Positions 35,868 through 46,189 of a stretch of DNA of 64,000 nt are shown piece by piece. The first letter of the stretch is position 1; every line of letters starts with the position of its first letter. A program made the translations under genes and the position numbers. This DNA comes from a virus. The notes beneath the pieces were generated by a model. That model worked only from the letters and a program-made list of their open reading frames with translations, made no database searches and had not been told where the DNA came from. The stretch lies in the IMG/VR virus record IMGVR_UViG_3300032245_001170, positions 1 through 64,000 of that record, one strand, 5' to 3'.

Positions 35868-36397
35868 CTACAGGTATGGATTCAGAGTACATGCAAGACC
35901 CGCAGGGTCGAGTTAGGTTTTACGGAATCTATGAAGGCATTGTCAAAGAAATAAACGACCCCTTAAAAAAGGGAAGAATAAAAGTTCAGGTTACGGTTAC
36001 TGGACAAGAAGTGACCGACTGGGCTCGAGCAGTGCTGCCCATTACCTATAACGCAAATCACCCTGACCACCAAGAGCATACCGCCGCCCAAATAGCAGCG
36101 CTCCTAACAACCACCCCCGTTTCTGTAACAGACTCTAGGGGCGATACCGAGACTGTCCCTGCGTTAACCGTGGTGGCAAAAGCGGGGGCTGGTACCCTTA
36201 AACATCCACATAAAACTGCGGTAAACGCCGCAAAAGGGTGGAACGGGTCGGATCCTAAAACAAGTATGTTTAACGATGCGACTAATACGGACGAACACAC
36301 ACCACACCGTTTTGTTCCAAATAAGGGGCAAAGAGTGTGGATTATGTTTGTTGCAGGATTACTTGAAGAACCAGTTTGGATAGGAGTGCAGGCATGA
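35864..36397 (+). CDS. Baseplate spike OB-fold protein (gp5/gpV/Vgr-like)
   Basis: FYGIYEGIV…DPLKKGRIKVQV…WAR…VP.KG.RVWIMF..G…PVWIG. Confidence 0.8.
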   Translation: MTTGMDSEYMQDPQGRVRFYGIYEGIVKEINDPLKKGRIKVQVTVTGQEVTDWARAVLPITYNANHPDHQEHTAAQIAALLTTTPVSVTDSRGDTETVPALTVVAKAGAGTLKHPHKTAVNAAKGWNGSDPKTSMFNDATNTDEHTPHRFVPNKGQRVWIMFVAGLLEEPVWIGVQA

Positions 36398-36780
36398 AGT
36401 CAATCTCTTTTCCGTTTACCTTAGATGATTTTGGCAAAGTAACTAGCACTACTGATCAAAAAAAGATATATCAAGATAAGCTTTTAACTTTGTTATCTAC
36501 AGCCGTGGGTGAGCGCCCTATGAGACCTACTTACGGAACCAACATTGCTTCCGCGATGTTTGAAAATCAAGGTAAAGTAGAAGCAGCAATCAATCAGGCA
36601 ATACGTACAGCTATTGGTAACTGGATTCCAGACGTAACAGTTGAACGAATAAACGTTAAAGGATTTTTAGACACGGGTGCAGTAACCGTGGAGTTAAATG
36701 TAACTTTACCTGATTTTGAAGAACTTAGCATTACGGTTGTAAGTACAACTTTAAATCCAGACGCGACTACTACGAGGTGA
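36394..36780 (+). CDS. Baseplate wedge protein (gp25/gpW-like)
   Basis: ISFPF…LLST..GERPMRPTYG. Confidence 0.9.
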   Translation: MKSISFPFTLDDFGKVTSTTDQKKIYQDKLLTLLSTAVGERPMRPTYGTNIASAMFENQGKVEAAINQAIRTAIGNWIPDVTVERINVKGFLDTGAVTVELNVTLPDFEELSITVVSTTLNPDATTTR

Positions 36781-36786
36781 TGAAAA

Positions 36787-38343
36787 ATGGCTAATGACGT
36801 ACCTTCCCAGATAGATTACACTTCTAGAGACTATCAAGCTTTGGTAGAGGATTTAACAAGTCTAGTCAATGTTAGAACAAACTATGCCTGGGCAGCAGAT
36901 GATCCCAACGATCTTGGGTCTATTCTACTAGAATCATTTGCTTATATGGGGGACATTATGTCCTACTATATTGACAGAGTAGCTAATGAGCTAAGTATTG
37001 ATACTGCTGCACGTAGAAAAACAATCATTGATATTGGAAAACTTTACGGGTACCGTGTTTCTGGACCTACTCCTGCACGTGTTAATGTGCTATTTGAAAA
37101 CATCAGTGATCAAGCAATTGACATTCCAGTAGGAACTCAAGTGCTTGCAACTCTTTTATACGGAGATTTTACAGAAATTTATTTTGAAACAACTGCTAGC
37201 GCTACTCAATTAGCAGCTGGAGATACTGTGACTCTTGCCTGTCAAGAAGGAAAGACAGTAAATACAGACCGTCCAGACTTAATCAGCCCAACTACAAACA
37301 AACCTCTTCCAGTAAACCTTGGAATATCTGACGGAACTGCTGCTCAAACTCTAGAGCTTATCGATAGTAATATCGTAGATAACTCTGTAATTGTTTATGT
37401 TGGGCAAGGAGTAGCGTTTACCCCATGGAGTTATGTAGAGTCTTTAACTGAGGCGGGTCCTAATCAATTGGTATTTACTACCAGTGTTGATGATGAAGGC
37501 ACTACCTCAATTGAGTTTGGTGACGGCATTAACGGAGCTATTCCACCATCTAATCAAGTTATCAGTGCTCTTTACAGAATTAGCGCAGGAGCGGCTGGAA
37601 ACCTAAACTCAGGAACAATTGAAGAAGTAACTTTTATTCCTGGAAACATTGTTCCAGAGGCTATTGGTTACCTTGCAGTTTCTAACCCTTCTGCCTCCTT
37701 TGGAGGAGCTGATGGTGATGATAATGATCAGATACGGTCAAAGGTTAAGAAAGCAATCAGCACTCGTCGTAGAGCAATAACTATTGCAGACTATGCGGCA
37801 TTAGCTTCACAAGTACCTGGGGTGGGACGAACAAAAACTGTAGCTGCTGTATACAGCGCCGTAACCCTATATCTACAGTCTCAAAATGATGATTCAGTAA
37901 CTCCTGGAATTGTTAGCGGATCCCCTACGTTAAATTGGACAGAGCTATCTGCGGCGGTTTCCTCATACCTTTCAGATAAAATACCTGTAGGAACCACAGT
38001 TACTATTCAACCACCTACATACGTAGATTTTTATGTAACGCTAACTGTTACTGCAAATTCGTCATACAACAATGCAGATGTTGAGCAGGATATTAGAGAT
38101 GTATTCTTAAACCCTGGCGGTTTGTTTGCTTATGAAAGCGTTAGTTTTGGTCAACTAGTTGCTTATTCAGCAGTCATGGCTAAAGCTGCGGGAGTAGAAG
38201 GCGTGGAGTCCATCGTAATTGCAAAGCTAAACACAGACAACACAAGTACGGCTCCTACCTCTGGAGTCCAATTAACCAATGGTCAGATACCGGTATTGCA
38301 AACTACAAACCTAATCATTAACGTAACTGGTGGTTTGTCATGA
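36787..38343 (+). CDS. Baseplate J-like protein
   Basis: IDYTSRDY, LLESFAYMGD..SYYIDR.ANE, FGDG..GAIP, RRAIT..DY. Confidence 0.9.
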   Translation: MANDVPSQIDYTSRDYQALVEDLTSLVNVRTNYAWAADDPNDLGSILLESFAYMGDIMSYYIDRVANELSIDTAARRKTIIDIGKLYGYRVSGPTPARVNVLFENISDQAIDIPVGTQVLATLLYGDFTEIYFETTASATQLAAGDTVTLACQEGKTVNTDRPDLISPTTNKPLPVNLGISDGTAAQTLELIDSNIVDNSVIVYVGQGVAFTPWSYVESLTEAGPNQLVFTTSVDDEGTTSIEFGDGINGAIPPSNQVISALYRISAGAAGNLNSGTIEEVTFIPGNIVPEAIGYLAVSNPSASFGGADGDDNDQIRSKVKKAISTRRRAITIADYAALASQVPGVGRTKTVAAVYSAVTLYLQSQNDDSVTPGIVSGSPTLNWTELSAAVSSYLSDKIPVGTTVTIQPPTYVDFYVTLTVTANSSYNNADVEQDIRDVFLNPGGLFAYESVSFGQLVAYSAVMAKAAGVEGVESIVIAKLNTDNTSTAPTSGVQLTNGQIPVLQTTNLIINVTGGLS

Positions 38344-38395
38344 CAGCAGAACTAAAGTCTTAGAGAATAACCCAAGAGAATAGAATAGGTGAGAA

Positions 38396-38917
38396 ATGGC
38401 TGCTCAGTACCCGTCGTCAATTAGGTCTTTTACCCCAAAGGTAGACCTTGTAGATACAGTATTTGCTGATCACGTAAACGTCTTACAGGACGAGACACGT
38501 GCCCTGCAGGTATCCCTTGGAACTAGCCTACTATCGTCTAACTACTCAGGTACTCATGCCCCTACAACTACCTGGTCATCTTTATCTGCTCGATTAGCTA
38601 ACATTGAGTTTGGCTTAGCTACAGGAGTAGCCACTGCCCCTTACTTTAAGAAAACCGGAGATACCGTTTCTCCAGCTTCTGGAATAGTAGGGCTTACAGC
38701 AAAAACAACCGCTGGAACTGCAAACCTCATTGAAACAAGGAACGCAGCAAATACTCTTAGATTTAATGTTGACTTTGATGGCCTACCAAAAGTAGGTACC
38801 GCAGAAGTTCTTTATGTAGGTGGAACTGCTTATACAAGTCTTACTACCGTAGTAAATGCTATCGAAACAATCGCAAAAGGAAATAGATTTAATCCATTTT
38901 TACTAGCTGGTATGTAA
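38396..38917 (+). CDS. Tail/baseplate-associated protein
   Basis: YPSSI…ADHVNVLQDE..ALQVSLG; C-terminal FNPFLLAGM. Confidence 0.6.
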   Translation: MAAQYPSSIRSFTPKVDLVDTVFADHVNVLQDETRALQVSLGTSLLSSNYSGTHAPTTTWSSLSARLANIEFGLATGVATAPYFKKTGDTVSPASGIVGLTAKTTAGTANLIETRNAANTLRFNVDFDGLPKVGTAEVLYVGGTAYTSLTTVVNAIETIAKGNRFNPFLLAGM

Positions 38918-38934
38918 ACTAATAGGGGCAAAAC

Positions 38935-41900
38935 ATGGCAAAATATGCATTTGGGATTTATGGCGATCCTAGTTTTAAGTACGGTCAAAGCGATGCTGAC
39001 CGCCTGTACTACTCCTCCCAAATTACTGCATGGGCATACGACTACGGAGTTATTTCCCTTCGTTGGAAAGCGGTTACCGCAAACCCTGCATCTATTGCCT
39101 TAGGAGAACAGTTAACTCACTGGAGATTAACAAAAACTTTTACTGGTACTCCAGACGGTGCTTATGTTGGAGACGTTGTTCTATCTGGCAGCACTGGATC
39201 ATATTTAACTAGCTATATAGATACTGCTTCAGACCTGTCTCAAGAAAACAGAGAAGTTACCTATACTCTATGGATTTTCAGTACTTTAAATGGTTGGATT
39301 AATTGTGGCACCTCTAAAGTAAACACAATTATTGAAAATAAAACTCAACGTTATTTTAAAAATTGGCTTCCAGCTGCTTGGCTAAACGAAGTTGAAGGTG
39401 TTGGGGATGCCGTTGGAGAGTACGAAGAAAATGAATTTACTGCTGTTCTGGATGCGTATGGTTTTGAGTATGACAAGATAAAAGCTCAGGCAGAACTTCT
39501 ATATAACTCTTTTGACGCTTATAAAATTCCATCTAACCTGTTAAAAAACAAAATTACAGATTTAGGGTTTATTTACGAACCCGCTCTTGGAGACACTTAC
39601 CATAGATCCCTGTATAAAACAGGAAACTTCATAAACTCAGCTAAAGGAACTAGTGCTGGCATTACAACCTACACCACTGCTTTAACTCACTGGGATAGTG
39701 GCATTGCCTATGGAAATAATTTATTTTTAGACTACAACGATTCTTCTTTTGAAGAGTCCGTAGGTCGTTGGGCGGCAACTAACGGCACTGTGGGCATCTG
39801 TACATATGCAAACACCTTATCTACTTTAGGGGTTGGTTTAACACCTCCAAAGCCAACTTTGGTAAATAAAGACTACCCTCTACGTCAAATATCTTTAGGA
39901 GTAGTGACAGCTTCAAGTACTAGTGATATTACCTTACGCTGCCCATCAAGCTCTGCAAGTGCAATTCTTTACGGAATTCCAGTAGAAGCCAACTCTAGGT
40001 ATATGTTTAAAGGATTTATTAGAGCAATAACTAATTCTTTTACCGCAGTAGCTAAAATTCAATGGTTTGATAGCGCCGGTAATTCTATATCTACAAGTAC
40101 TTCAGGACCAACTCTTTCGGCTACTACCGGTTACTGGTCTGAGTTTAGATCAGCATCTTCTGGTGTAGAAGACGGCTTAGTAGCCCCAAGTAATGCTGTA
40201 TATGCTAAACCTACTTTAGTTATTACTCCTACAGCTGGGTCAGATAAGTTTGTATTAGATATGCTTCAGTTTAGAAAACTTCCAGTTAGTGAAATTACAA
40301 TTAGTGGTAAATTGCCAGCTTTAGTATACGAAGACCCTAGACTTGTTAAGTTAAACATTAAAACAGACTTAGAAAACTTAATCCCTAATCCAGGTTTTGA
40401 TTTAGGAACTACTGGTTGGGAACCATTTAATGCTGAGTTAATACAGGTAACGCCTGCCCCAGCAAACTCTGCTATTTTTGGTAACGCTGTAGCAAAGCTC
40501 ACTGCTCTATCTAACGGAAGAGTAGCGCTTGTATCTGATTGGATTCCAGTAACCCCGGGAGCTCCGCATAATTTTGCTATTTACGCAAGTGGAGCAGCAA
40601 AAGTAGCAAAAGCAAGAATTGAATTTTCTGCACCGCAAACACAAGAAGAGCAGACTACCGTTCTTATTGATGGGGATGGGCGATACTTCAAATCAGAACC
40701 TTATTACGTCGATGGAGACCCACTAACACTTACAAACAGCGCAACACGTTTGTATGTGCAGGCAGTATCGGCTGTTTCTACACCGGATTACGGCAACCCC
40801 CTATGTAAAGTATCTATTTACATAGATAATGCTGTGGCAGGTGACGTATTTTATTTTGATGGCGCTATTTTAGCAGAAGCAACTAAAGTTGTTGATTATT
40901 TCCAAGGTAACGGTGCTCCAGTGCCTAATGACCCAAACGTTAATTATTATTACAAAACTAGTGATTGTTTTTGGGAGCGTAGGAATCAAGTAAACCTAGT
41001 GTCTATTTCCTCTTTAGAAAATGCAAGTAAATGGACGGCAGCTTCCGGAACTACCTTGACTATAAGTACTTCCGAATTTAAGTACGGAACCAGTTCTTTA
41101 AGCGTATCTGCCTCAGGAGGTGGCTCTGCATCTACGGTAGTAAAACTTCCTATGGGGGCAGCGTTGGGCGGGGAAGACTTAATCATCTCTACCTACGTAA
41201 AGGGAGTAGCTGGTCTTTACTCGATCAGCACTAACGGTCAAATGTCAGGTAATTTTAGAATTACTGTTCCAAACGTTTGGACCCGTATTGAAACTAAAAG
41301 AGTTTCTGTAGCAGGAGAAACGCAGTTTACTATTACAGTTTCTTTAACAGAAGCTGGTACCGGAACTAAAGTATTTTTCTTAGACGGCATTCAAGCAGAA
41401 TATGGAAGAGTAGCAACTCCTTACATCGACCCCGCTGATCCAGAAACATCTGTGTTTACAAATCCATCTGATGCACTAGAGACTTTGTCTGTAGCTAATA
41501 GTCTTATGGTAGGTAGTGGTACAAGTTATTATGCAAATCGCTATATACAAAAGACAGCTAGATTAAAATCAACACTAGGAAGCTTTATGCCCGCAGGATC
41601 CACGTGGTCTATTGAACCTTCTTCAGAATTACTTGGTTTTCCGGATGTTGAAGACAATCTTGCTCCTTCAGGATCATTTGAAAACAGTACCTATGGATGG
41701 TCTGGTGTTTCTGCAACCCTTACTAGAACTACTGCTAGAGGAAGCATCTTTGATGAGACCCTTGTTCAAGGTGCCGCTTACGCAAAAGTAAAAGCTTCTG
41801 GCTCAGGAACTTTTGGTGCTATAACAAATCTAATCTCAGTAATACCTGGAAAGGGATACTACGGATCTGTAGCAATCCGCCCAGAAAACGAAGATGCATA

Positions 41901-42363
41901 TGGAACTTATGTTATGACCCTTAAATGGTACGACTTAGCGCAAAACTTCTTAAGAGAAAAGACAGACACTGTAGTATTGAATCGTGGAGATCGCTGGGCA
42001 TACTTAAACATTGTTGCTCCCGGATCTAAGACGGTTACTTTATCTTCTCTTTCCGTAGCATCTAACGTAGTTACTGTAACTACTGTAGGAAATCACGGAT
42101 TCTCAATAGGTGAAGAACTATACGTAGGTATTGGTGAGTCGGCCTATGCCGCCCTTAACGGCAGTGTTACTATTACGGCAGTAACCCCCAATACCTTTTC
42201 ATATAGCCAGACTTTTGCTAATACGGCGTCTACTGAAATAACCGGAAGAGCAACATTTGCTAATACCAGCATTGGTTTTGCAAAAATTCAGGTTACCTGC
42301 ACCCCTTCAGTTTCAGGAACAGGCCGAGTCTTCCACCTTGACAAGGTTTTGTTTAGAAGGTAG
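38935..42363 (+). CDS. Tail protein (P2 gpI-like) with tandem carbohydrate-binding-like domains
   Basis: KGTSAGI motif; repeated NL..NP.F/SFE…GW jelly-roll units. Confidence 0.7.
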   Translation: MAKYAFGIYGDPSFKYGQSDADRLYYSSQITAWAYDYGVISLRWKAVTANPASIALGEQLTHWRLTKTFTGTPDGAYVGDVVLSGSTGSYLTSYIDTASDLSQENREVTYTLWIFSTLNGWINCGTSKVNTIIENKTQRYFKNWLPAAWLNEVEGVGDAVGEYEENEFTAVLDAYGFEYDKIKAQAELLYNSFDAYKIPSNLLKNKITDLGFIYEPALGDTYHRSLYKTGNFINSAKGTSAGITTYTTALTHWDSGIAYGNNLFLDYNDSSFEESVGRWAATNGTVGICTYANTLSTLGVGLTPPKPTLVNKDYPLRQISLGVVTASSTSDITLRCPSSSASAILYGIPVEANSRYMFKGFIRAITNSFTAVAKIQWFDSAGNSISTSTSGPTLSATTGYWSEFRSASSGVEDGLVAPSNAVYAKPTLVITPTAGSDKFVLDMLQFRKLPVSEITISGKLPALVYEDPRLVKLNIKTDLENLIPNPGFDLGTTGWEPFNAELIQVTPAPANSAIFGNAVAKLTALSNGRVALVSDWIPVTPGAPHNFAIYASGAAKVAKARIEFSAPQTQEEQTTVLIDGDGRYFKSEPYYVDGDPLTLTNSATRLYVQAVSAVSTPDYGNPLCKVSIYIDNAVAGDVFYFDGAILAEATKVVDYFQGNGAPVPNDPNVNYYYKTSDCFWERRNQVNLVSISSLENASKWTAASGTTLTISTSEFKYGTSSLSVSASGGGSASTVVKLPMGAALGGEDLIISTYVKGVAGLYSISTNGQMSGNFRITVPNVWTRIETKRVSVAGETQFTITVSLTEAGTGTKVFFLDGIQAEYGRVATPYIDPADPETSVFTNPSDALETLSVANSLMVGSGTSYYANRYIQKTARLKSTLGSFMPAGSTWSIEPSSELLGFPDVEDNLAPSGSFENSTYGWSGVSATLTRTTARGSIFDETLVQGAAYAKVKASGSGTFGAITNLISVIPGKGYYGSVAIRPENEDAYGTYVMTLKWYDLAQNFLREKTDTVVLNRGDRWAYLNIVAPGSKTVTLSSLSVASNVVTVTTVGNHGFSIGEELYVGIGESAYAALNGSVTITAVTPNTFSYSQTFANTASTEITGRATFANTSIGFAKIQVTCTPSVSGTGRVFHLDKVLFRR

Positions 42364-42373
42364 GTTTCTGGCT

Positions 42374-42649
42374 ATGACAGAACTTCTAGTGGCAGCTTGG
42401 GCAACAGCCTGTCTATTAACAGCCATAGAAGAACTATTAATATCCTTAGGAAAATGGAGGGGCCTACTTGCCCTCTCTATGAGCACAGTAGCGTGCTTAG
42501 TTCTTATGCCGATAGGGTGGAATTTAATTTTCTACGTCCTCGCCTCCGCTTTTGTGGGGCTAACCTCTTCTGTGGTTATTGAAAATCTTGTAACGGGAAC
42601 CCCAGAAAGAATTCAACGCGGCTTGCCAAGAAGGGTACCTCCCCTATAG
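42374..42649 (+). CDS. Small membrane protein (holin-like)
   Basis: Three hydrophobic segments and basic C-tail; ATG 42374 preferred. Confidence 0.55.
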   Translation: MTELLVAAWATACLLTAIEELLISLGKWRGLLALSMSTVACLVLMPIGWNLIFYVLASAFVGLTSSVVIENLVTGTPERIQRGLPRRVPPL

Positions 42650-42652
42650 AGT
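42623..42652 (+). promoter_or_regulatory. Putative housekeeping-sigma promoter for replication operon
   Basis: TTGCCA-N18-TAGAGT; same CTTGC…TATAG spacing as site at 50220. Confidence 0.5.
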
Positions 42653-42674
42653 CTGCTCCGACAAGGAGGAGACT

Positions 42675-43577
42675 ATGAAGTCACCATATTCAGACCCAAA
42701 CCTTTCGCTACGTGCTAGAGGTTTATTTGCCTATTACGTTGAAGTTGGACGTGTGTTATCTGCCGACGAAATGTCTGCATCTGTACCAGAAGGTCGAGAT
42801 GCAATTAGAAATGCTATGGCAGAATTAAAACTGCATCGATATATAAAAGCCGTAAGGCATCAAGATAATTCTGGTCAATGGAGAACAAATCTCAAATTCA
42901 CCGACGACGGATTATCAGGCGTTCTATACATTGACAGAGGTACAATGACTAATACTAATACTAGTGATATGTCTACTAGAGTTAAGAGTATAGATACAGT
43001 TACTAACGTAACTGTATCTATAGAGGCTGCGCCTCAAACAGAGAAAGGAACTGAGATGGCATGGGATATGTTCGAAGACAGCACAGACCCGAAACCTAAG
43101 AAGAAGGTTTTGGATACTGAAGATGATTCTGGTGCTATAGGAAAAGTTAATACTTTGAAGGTGGGCGGTGCTCGCCGTAAAAAAACTAGGGTTGAGGTAG
43201 AGGCCCGTAATAGAATCAATGTTCCGGAAGAAGACTGGTCAACTAATGATCTTGTTGCAGAATTCTACGACCTGTACATGGCTACCTGCGGTGGCAGTGG
43301 CGCAGTAAATCAAATCTCTGGAAAACAACTTGCTACTTGGATTAACAAACGAGTTGGTGAAGGTGTTGAACGCATTCACATTCTCAAGGGCATGCGGATG
43401 TTCTTTGGAGATACCCGAGTTATCGCAGACCCCGGTTTTGGACTTCCGATGTATCAAAGATTTATGAAGTACTACGGAATGATTCACGGAATGGTAAGTC
43501 GAGTTGACGAACCGATTGGTTTGGACGAAGATACGTTAGCGCATCAGGAAAAGATGCTGAAACTATTGGAGAGCTAA
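42675..43577 (+). CDS. Putative replication initiator (N-terminal winged HTH)
   Basis: DPNLSLRARGL…EGRDAIRNAMAEL..HRYI; upstream of DnaC-like loader; SD AAGGAGG. Confidence 0.7.
   Translation: MKSPYSDPNLSLRARGLFAYYVEVGRVLSADEMSASVPEGRDAIRNAMAELKLHRYIKAVRHQDNSGQWRTNLKFTDDGLSGVLYIDRGTMTNTNTSDMSTRVKSIDTVTNVTVSIEAAPQTEKGTEMAWDMFEDSTDPKPKKKVLDTEDDSGAIGKVNTLKVGGARRKKTRVEVEARNRINVPEEDWSTNDLVAEFYDLYMATCGGSGAVNQISGKQLATWINKRVGEGVERIHILKGMRMFFGDTRVIADPGFGLPMYQRFMKYYGMIHGMVSRVDEPIGLDEDTLAHQEKMLKLLES
42989..43022. repeat. Perfect 15-bp inverted repeat within initiator gene; candidate replication origin element
   Basis: TATAGATACAGTTAC-TAAC-GTAACTGTATCTATA. Confidence 0.7.
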
Positions 43578-44251
43578 TGTACAAACTTGAAGACGTGGCT
43601 CCTAGCCTTAGAGCACAGATCAGGGCAGCCAACCTCCCAATGAAAACCGTTGGGTTGGAGTTCTCTGATTTGACTCCAAACAGCTCCTTTGAAAAGGTTC
43701 AAAAATGGATCGATTCAGTTAAGGCTGGCAAAGTCGTACAAGCGGCTGGAAGCCCTAATTGCGGTAAGGGTCTACTGCTCCTAGGTAAACCTGGTCACGG
43801 CAAGACTACTATCGCCTCTGTGGCCCTCCAGGAGCTTATTAGGGGTATGTCAGCCGAGACCTGGGGCTCCCCAAATACGACCCTTAGGCGTCCAGGGCTT
43901 TTTATGGACTATCCAAGGCTTCTTCGAATCGAGAAGTCTCAATGGGATGACTTTGATGATGCGACTGAAACTATGATCAATGGGATCTATGGAGACGGTC
44001 CCAAGGAAAACGTCATTCGAACATTTGTTCTAGACGATATCGGTAAAGAGCACAAAACCGCATCCGGTTGGGCAGAAGACAAGTTTGACGAATTGCTTCG
44101 TTCACGCTTTAATTCGGGATTACCAACTATCGTTACAAGTAATACACCGCTTAGTAGGTGGGAAGAGCAATACGGCGCACCAATGGCTAGCTTTGCCTAT
44201 GAAGCATTCATCATACTTGAGGTAAACTCTGGAAAGGATCTACGAAAATGA
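43577..44251 (+). CDS. DnaC/IstB-like helicase loader ATPase
   Basis: GKPGHGKT Walker A, VLDDIGKE Walker B, PTIVTSN. Confidence 0.85.
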   Translation: MYKLEDVAPSLRAQIRAANLPMKTVGLEFSDLTPNSSFEKVQKWIDSVKAGKVVQAAGSPNCGKGLLLLGKPGHGKTTIASVALQELIRGMSAETWGSPNTTLRRPGLFMDYPRLLRIEKSQWDDFDDATETMINGIYGDGPKENVIRTFVLDDIGKEHKTASGWAEDKFDELLRSRFNSGLPTIVTSNTPLSRWEEQYGAPMASFAYEAFIILEVNSGKDLRK

Positions 44252-44544
44252 GGTTTGCAGTGAAGAACTGGCAAGTGTCACAATTGTTTTTATCTGACAC
44301 TGGCGTGCACGAAGTTGATATCGAAACTAGCTCTTTAAAGTTACGTTGCAACTGCCCTGGGTTTAAAAATAGAAGTTCCTGTAAGCACGTTCGTTTTGTT
44401 CGTGAACGCATGTCTGAAAACGACGGAGTCTACCCAACACAAATCTCTACGAAAGCCCCAGTGCTTGAGGCCAACCTCGCTGTCGGCTCTCCAGAAGCTT
44501 TTAGAAAACTATTAATTAATTACGGCAAGATCGAAGTAATTTAG
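44248..44544 (+). CDS. SWIM zinc-finger protein
   Basis: CNCPGF…CKHV. Confidence 0.75.
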   Translation: MRFAVKNWQVSQLFLSDTGVHEVDIETSSLKLRCNCPGFKNRSSCKHVRFVRERMSENDGVYPTQISTKAPVLEANLAVGSPEAFRKLLINYGKIEVI

Positions 44545-44948
44545 TGAAGGGCGGGGACATCTCAAATGAGGTCCCTCTTCGAGTAGTAGTAACACTGGAT
44601 TGCGTTCTTGATAGAAAACCAACTGTTAAGAAAGTTTTAGGTGTCCCTGTATTCGGAGAAGAGTCTCAGTATAACCGGCAGTCTCTTTCTCTATTTTGGC
44701 GTTTTGCAGAAAAGTACGGGTATGCACTAGAGCTAGTAGGGTTTGGTTATACAAAAAAAGAAATGGAAGAAGTCTTTGAAGATTTAAACAATCTCGGGAC
44801 TAACCCATTCAACTATGTACAAAGGTATGAGTCAGTAGCAGATTTGGTTGGAGAACTTCCCTATCGTCCAGAACTCAAAGGAGTTGTGGATATCCCCTCT
44901 AGGGGGCTAAGGTATGGCAGTAAATATTTAGACATGGGGAGGTTGTAA
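44544..44948 (+). CDS. Hypothetical protein
   Basis: 134 aa, coupled to both neighbours. Confidence 0.65.
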   Translation: MKGGDISNEVPLRVVVTLDCVLDRKPTVKKVLGVPVFGEESQYNRQSLSLFWRFAEKYGYALELVGFGYTKKEMEEVFEDLNNLGTNPFNYVQRYESVADLVGELPYRPELKGVVDIPSRGLRYGSKYLDMGRL

Positions 44949-46189
44949 TGGCAGCAGATAACGAAGTGCGACTCCTGTCCCGTGCAATACGTACCAGAGA
45001 CATTTCAGTTCTACTTGAAGCCGGAGTACAAGACGACTGGTTTTTTGTTGAAGAGAATAAAGCTGTTTGGAAGTTTATTCGTCAACACTGGACCAGGTAT
45101 CAAGAAGTGCCTACCGGAGTTACTGTATTAGATAACTTCCCTATGTATCGTTTACTTGCAGTAGACGACAACATTGATTATTTATTAGATCAGTTAATTG
45201 AATACCGCAAACGTCAAAGCACTATCTCAGTAGTTCAAGATGCATCAGAGGCAATTGCTTCGGGTGATCACAACACTGCTATTGCAGTACTTGGACAAGG
45301 CGTAGCAAAGTTACTTGATGAAGGTTCTCGGGAGAGCACTGACATTGATTTAACTAACAATGCCACTAAACGATTTGAAGAGTATCTAAATGTTAAGACT
45401 CGTCCAAATGGTTTACTAGGAATCGCTACCGGTTTTAAAACTATTGATCAAGCAACTGCGGGTTTACAGCCAGGTCAGTTAATTACAATTATCGCTCCAC
45501 CTAAGACAGGTAAGTCAGTACTTGCTTTGCAGGTAGCGGTTAATGTTCACAAAGATGGTTTCGTTCCTTTGTTCCAGTCTTTCGAGATGAACAACATTGA
45601 GCAACAACATCGACACGATGCAATGCGTTCCCATATTGCTCACTCTCGGTTGATTCGCGGGGGCCTGACTAAAGAAGAAGAAGCTCGATATCAAAAGGTT
45701 CTTGAAGAGATGGAGAGCATGCACAAGTTCTACTTAACAGATGCAGTATCTGCAATGACTGTTACAGGACTTGCTGCAAAGATCGACAAGCTTCGTCCAG
45801 ACATCGTATTTGTAGATGGTGTGTATTTGATGGTTGATGAGATTACTGGGGAGCAGAACAGCCCTCAGGCGTTAACTAATATAACTCGTGGCCTAAAGCA
45901 ACTTGCTATGGCTAAGAAAATTCCTATTGTTATTTCTACTCAGGTTCTATTGTGGAAGATGAAGAAGCGCCAGGTATCAGCAGATGCAATTGGTTACTCA
46001 TCATCTTTCTATCAAGACTCTGATGTAATTCTTGGATTGCAAAAGCAAGATGAAGAAGACGATACTTCCCGTGAACTACGTATCGTAGCAAGTCGTAATT
46101 GTGGGCCAGCATCAAGTGACCTGTTATGGGACTGGGAAGAAGGGAAGTTTGAAGAGTATGGATCTCTATTCGGAATCAGCACCATTTGA
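44948..46189 (+). CDS. dnaB: DnaB-like replicative helicase
   Basis: TGFKTID…GLQPGQL…APPKTGKS, SFEM, VFVDG, QDSDVILGL. Confidence 0.9.
   Translation: MAADNEVRLLSRAIRTRDISVLLEAGVQDDWFFVEENKAVWKFIRQHWTRYQEVPTGVTVLDNFPMYRLLAVDDNIDYLLDQLIEYRKRQSTISVVQDASEAIASGDHNTAIAVLGQGVAKLLDEGSRESTDIDLTNNATKRFEEYLNVKTRPNGLLGIATGFKTIDQATAGLQPGQLITIIAPPKTGKSVLALQVAVNVHKDGFVPLFQSFEMNNIEQQHRHDAMRSHIAHSRLIRGGLTKEEEARYQKVLEEMESMHKFYLTDAVSAMTVTGLAAKIDKLRPDIVFVDGVYLMVDEITGEQNSPQALTNITRGLKQLAMAKKIPIVISTQVLLWKMKKRQVSADAIGYSSSFYQDSDVILGLQKQDEEDDTSRELRIVASRNCGPASSDLLWDWEEGKFEEYGSLFGISTI

Noticed and set aside
1758-41186. Numerous short - strand and alternate-frame ORFs in the ORF track
   Set aside because: They overlap well-supported + strand genes and lack SDs and recognisable motifs.
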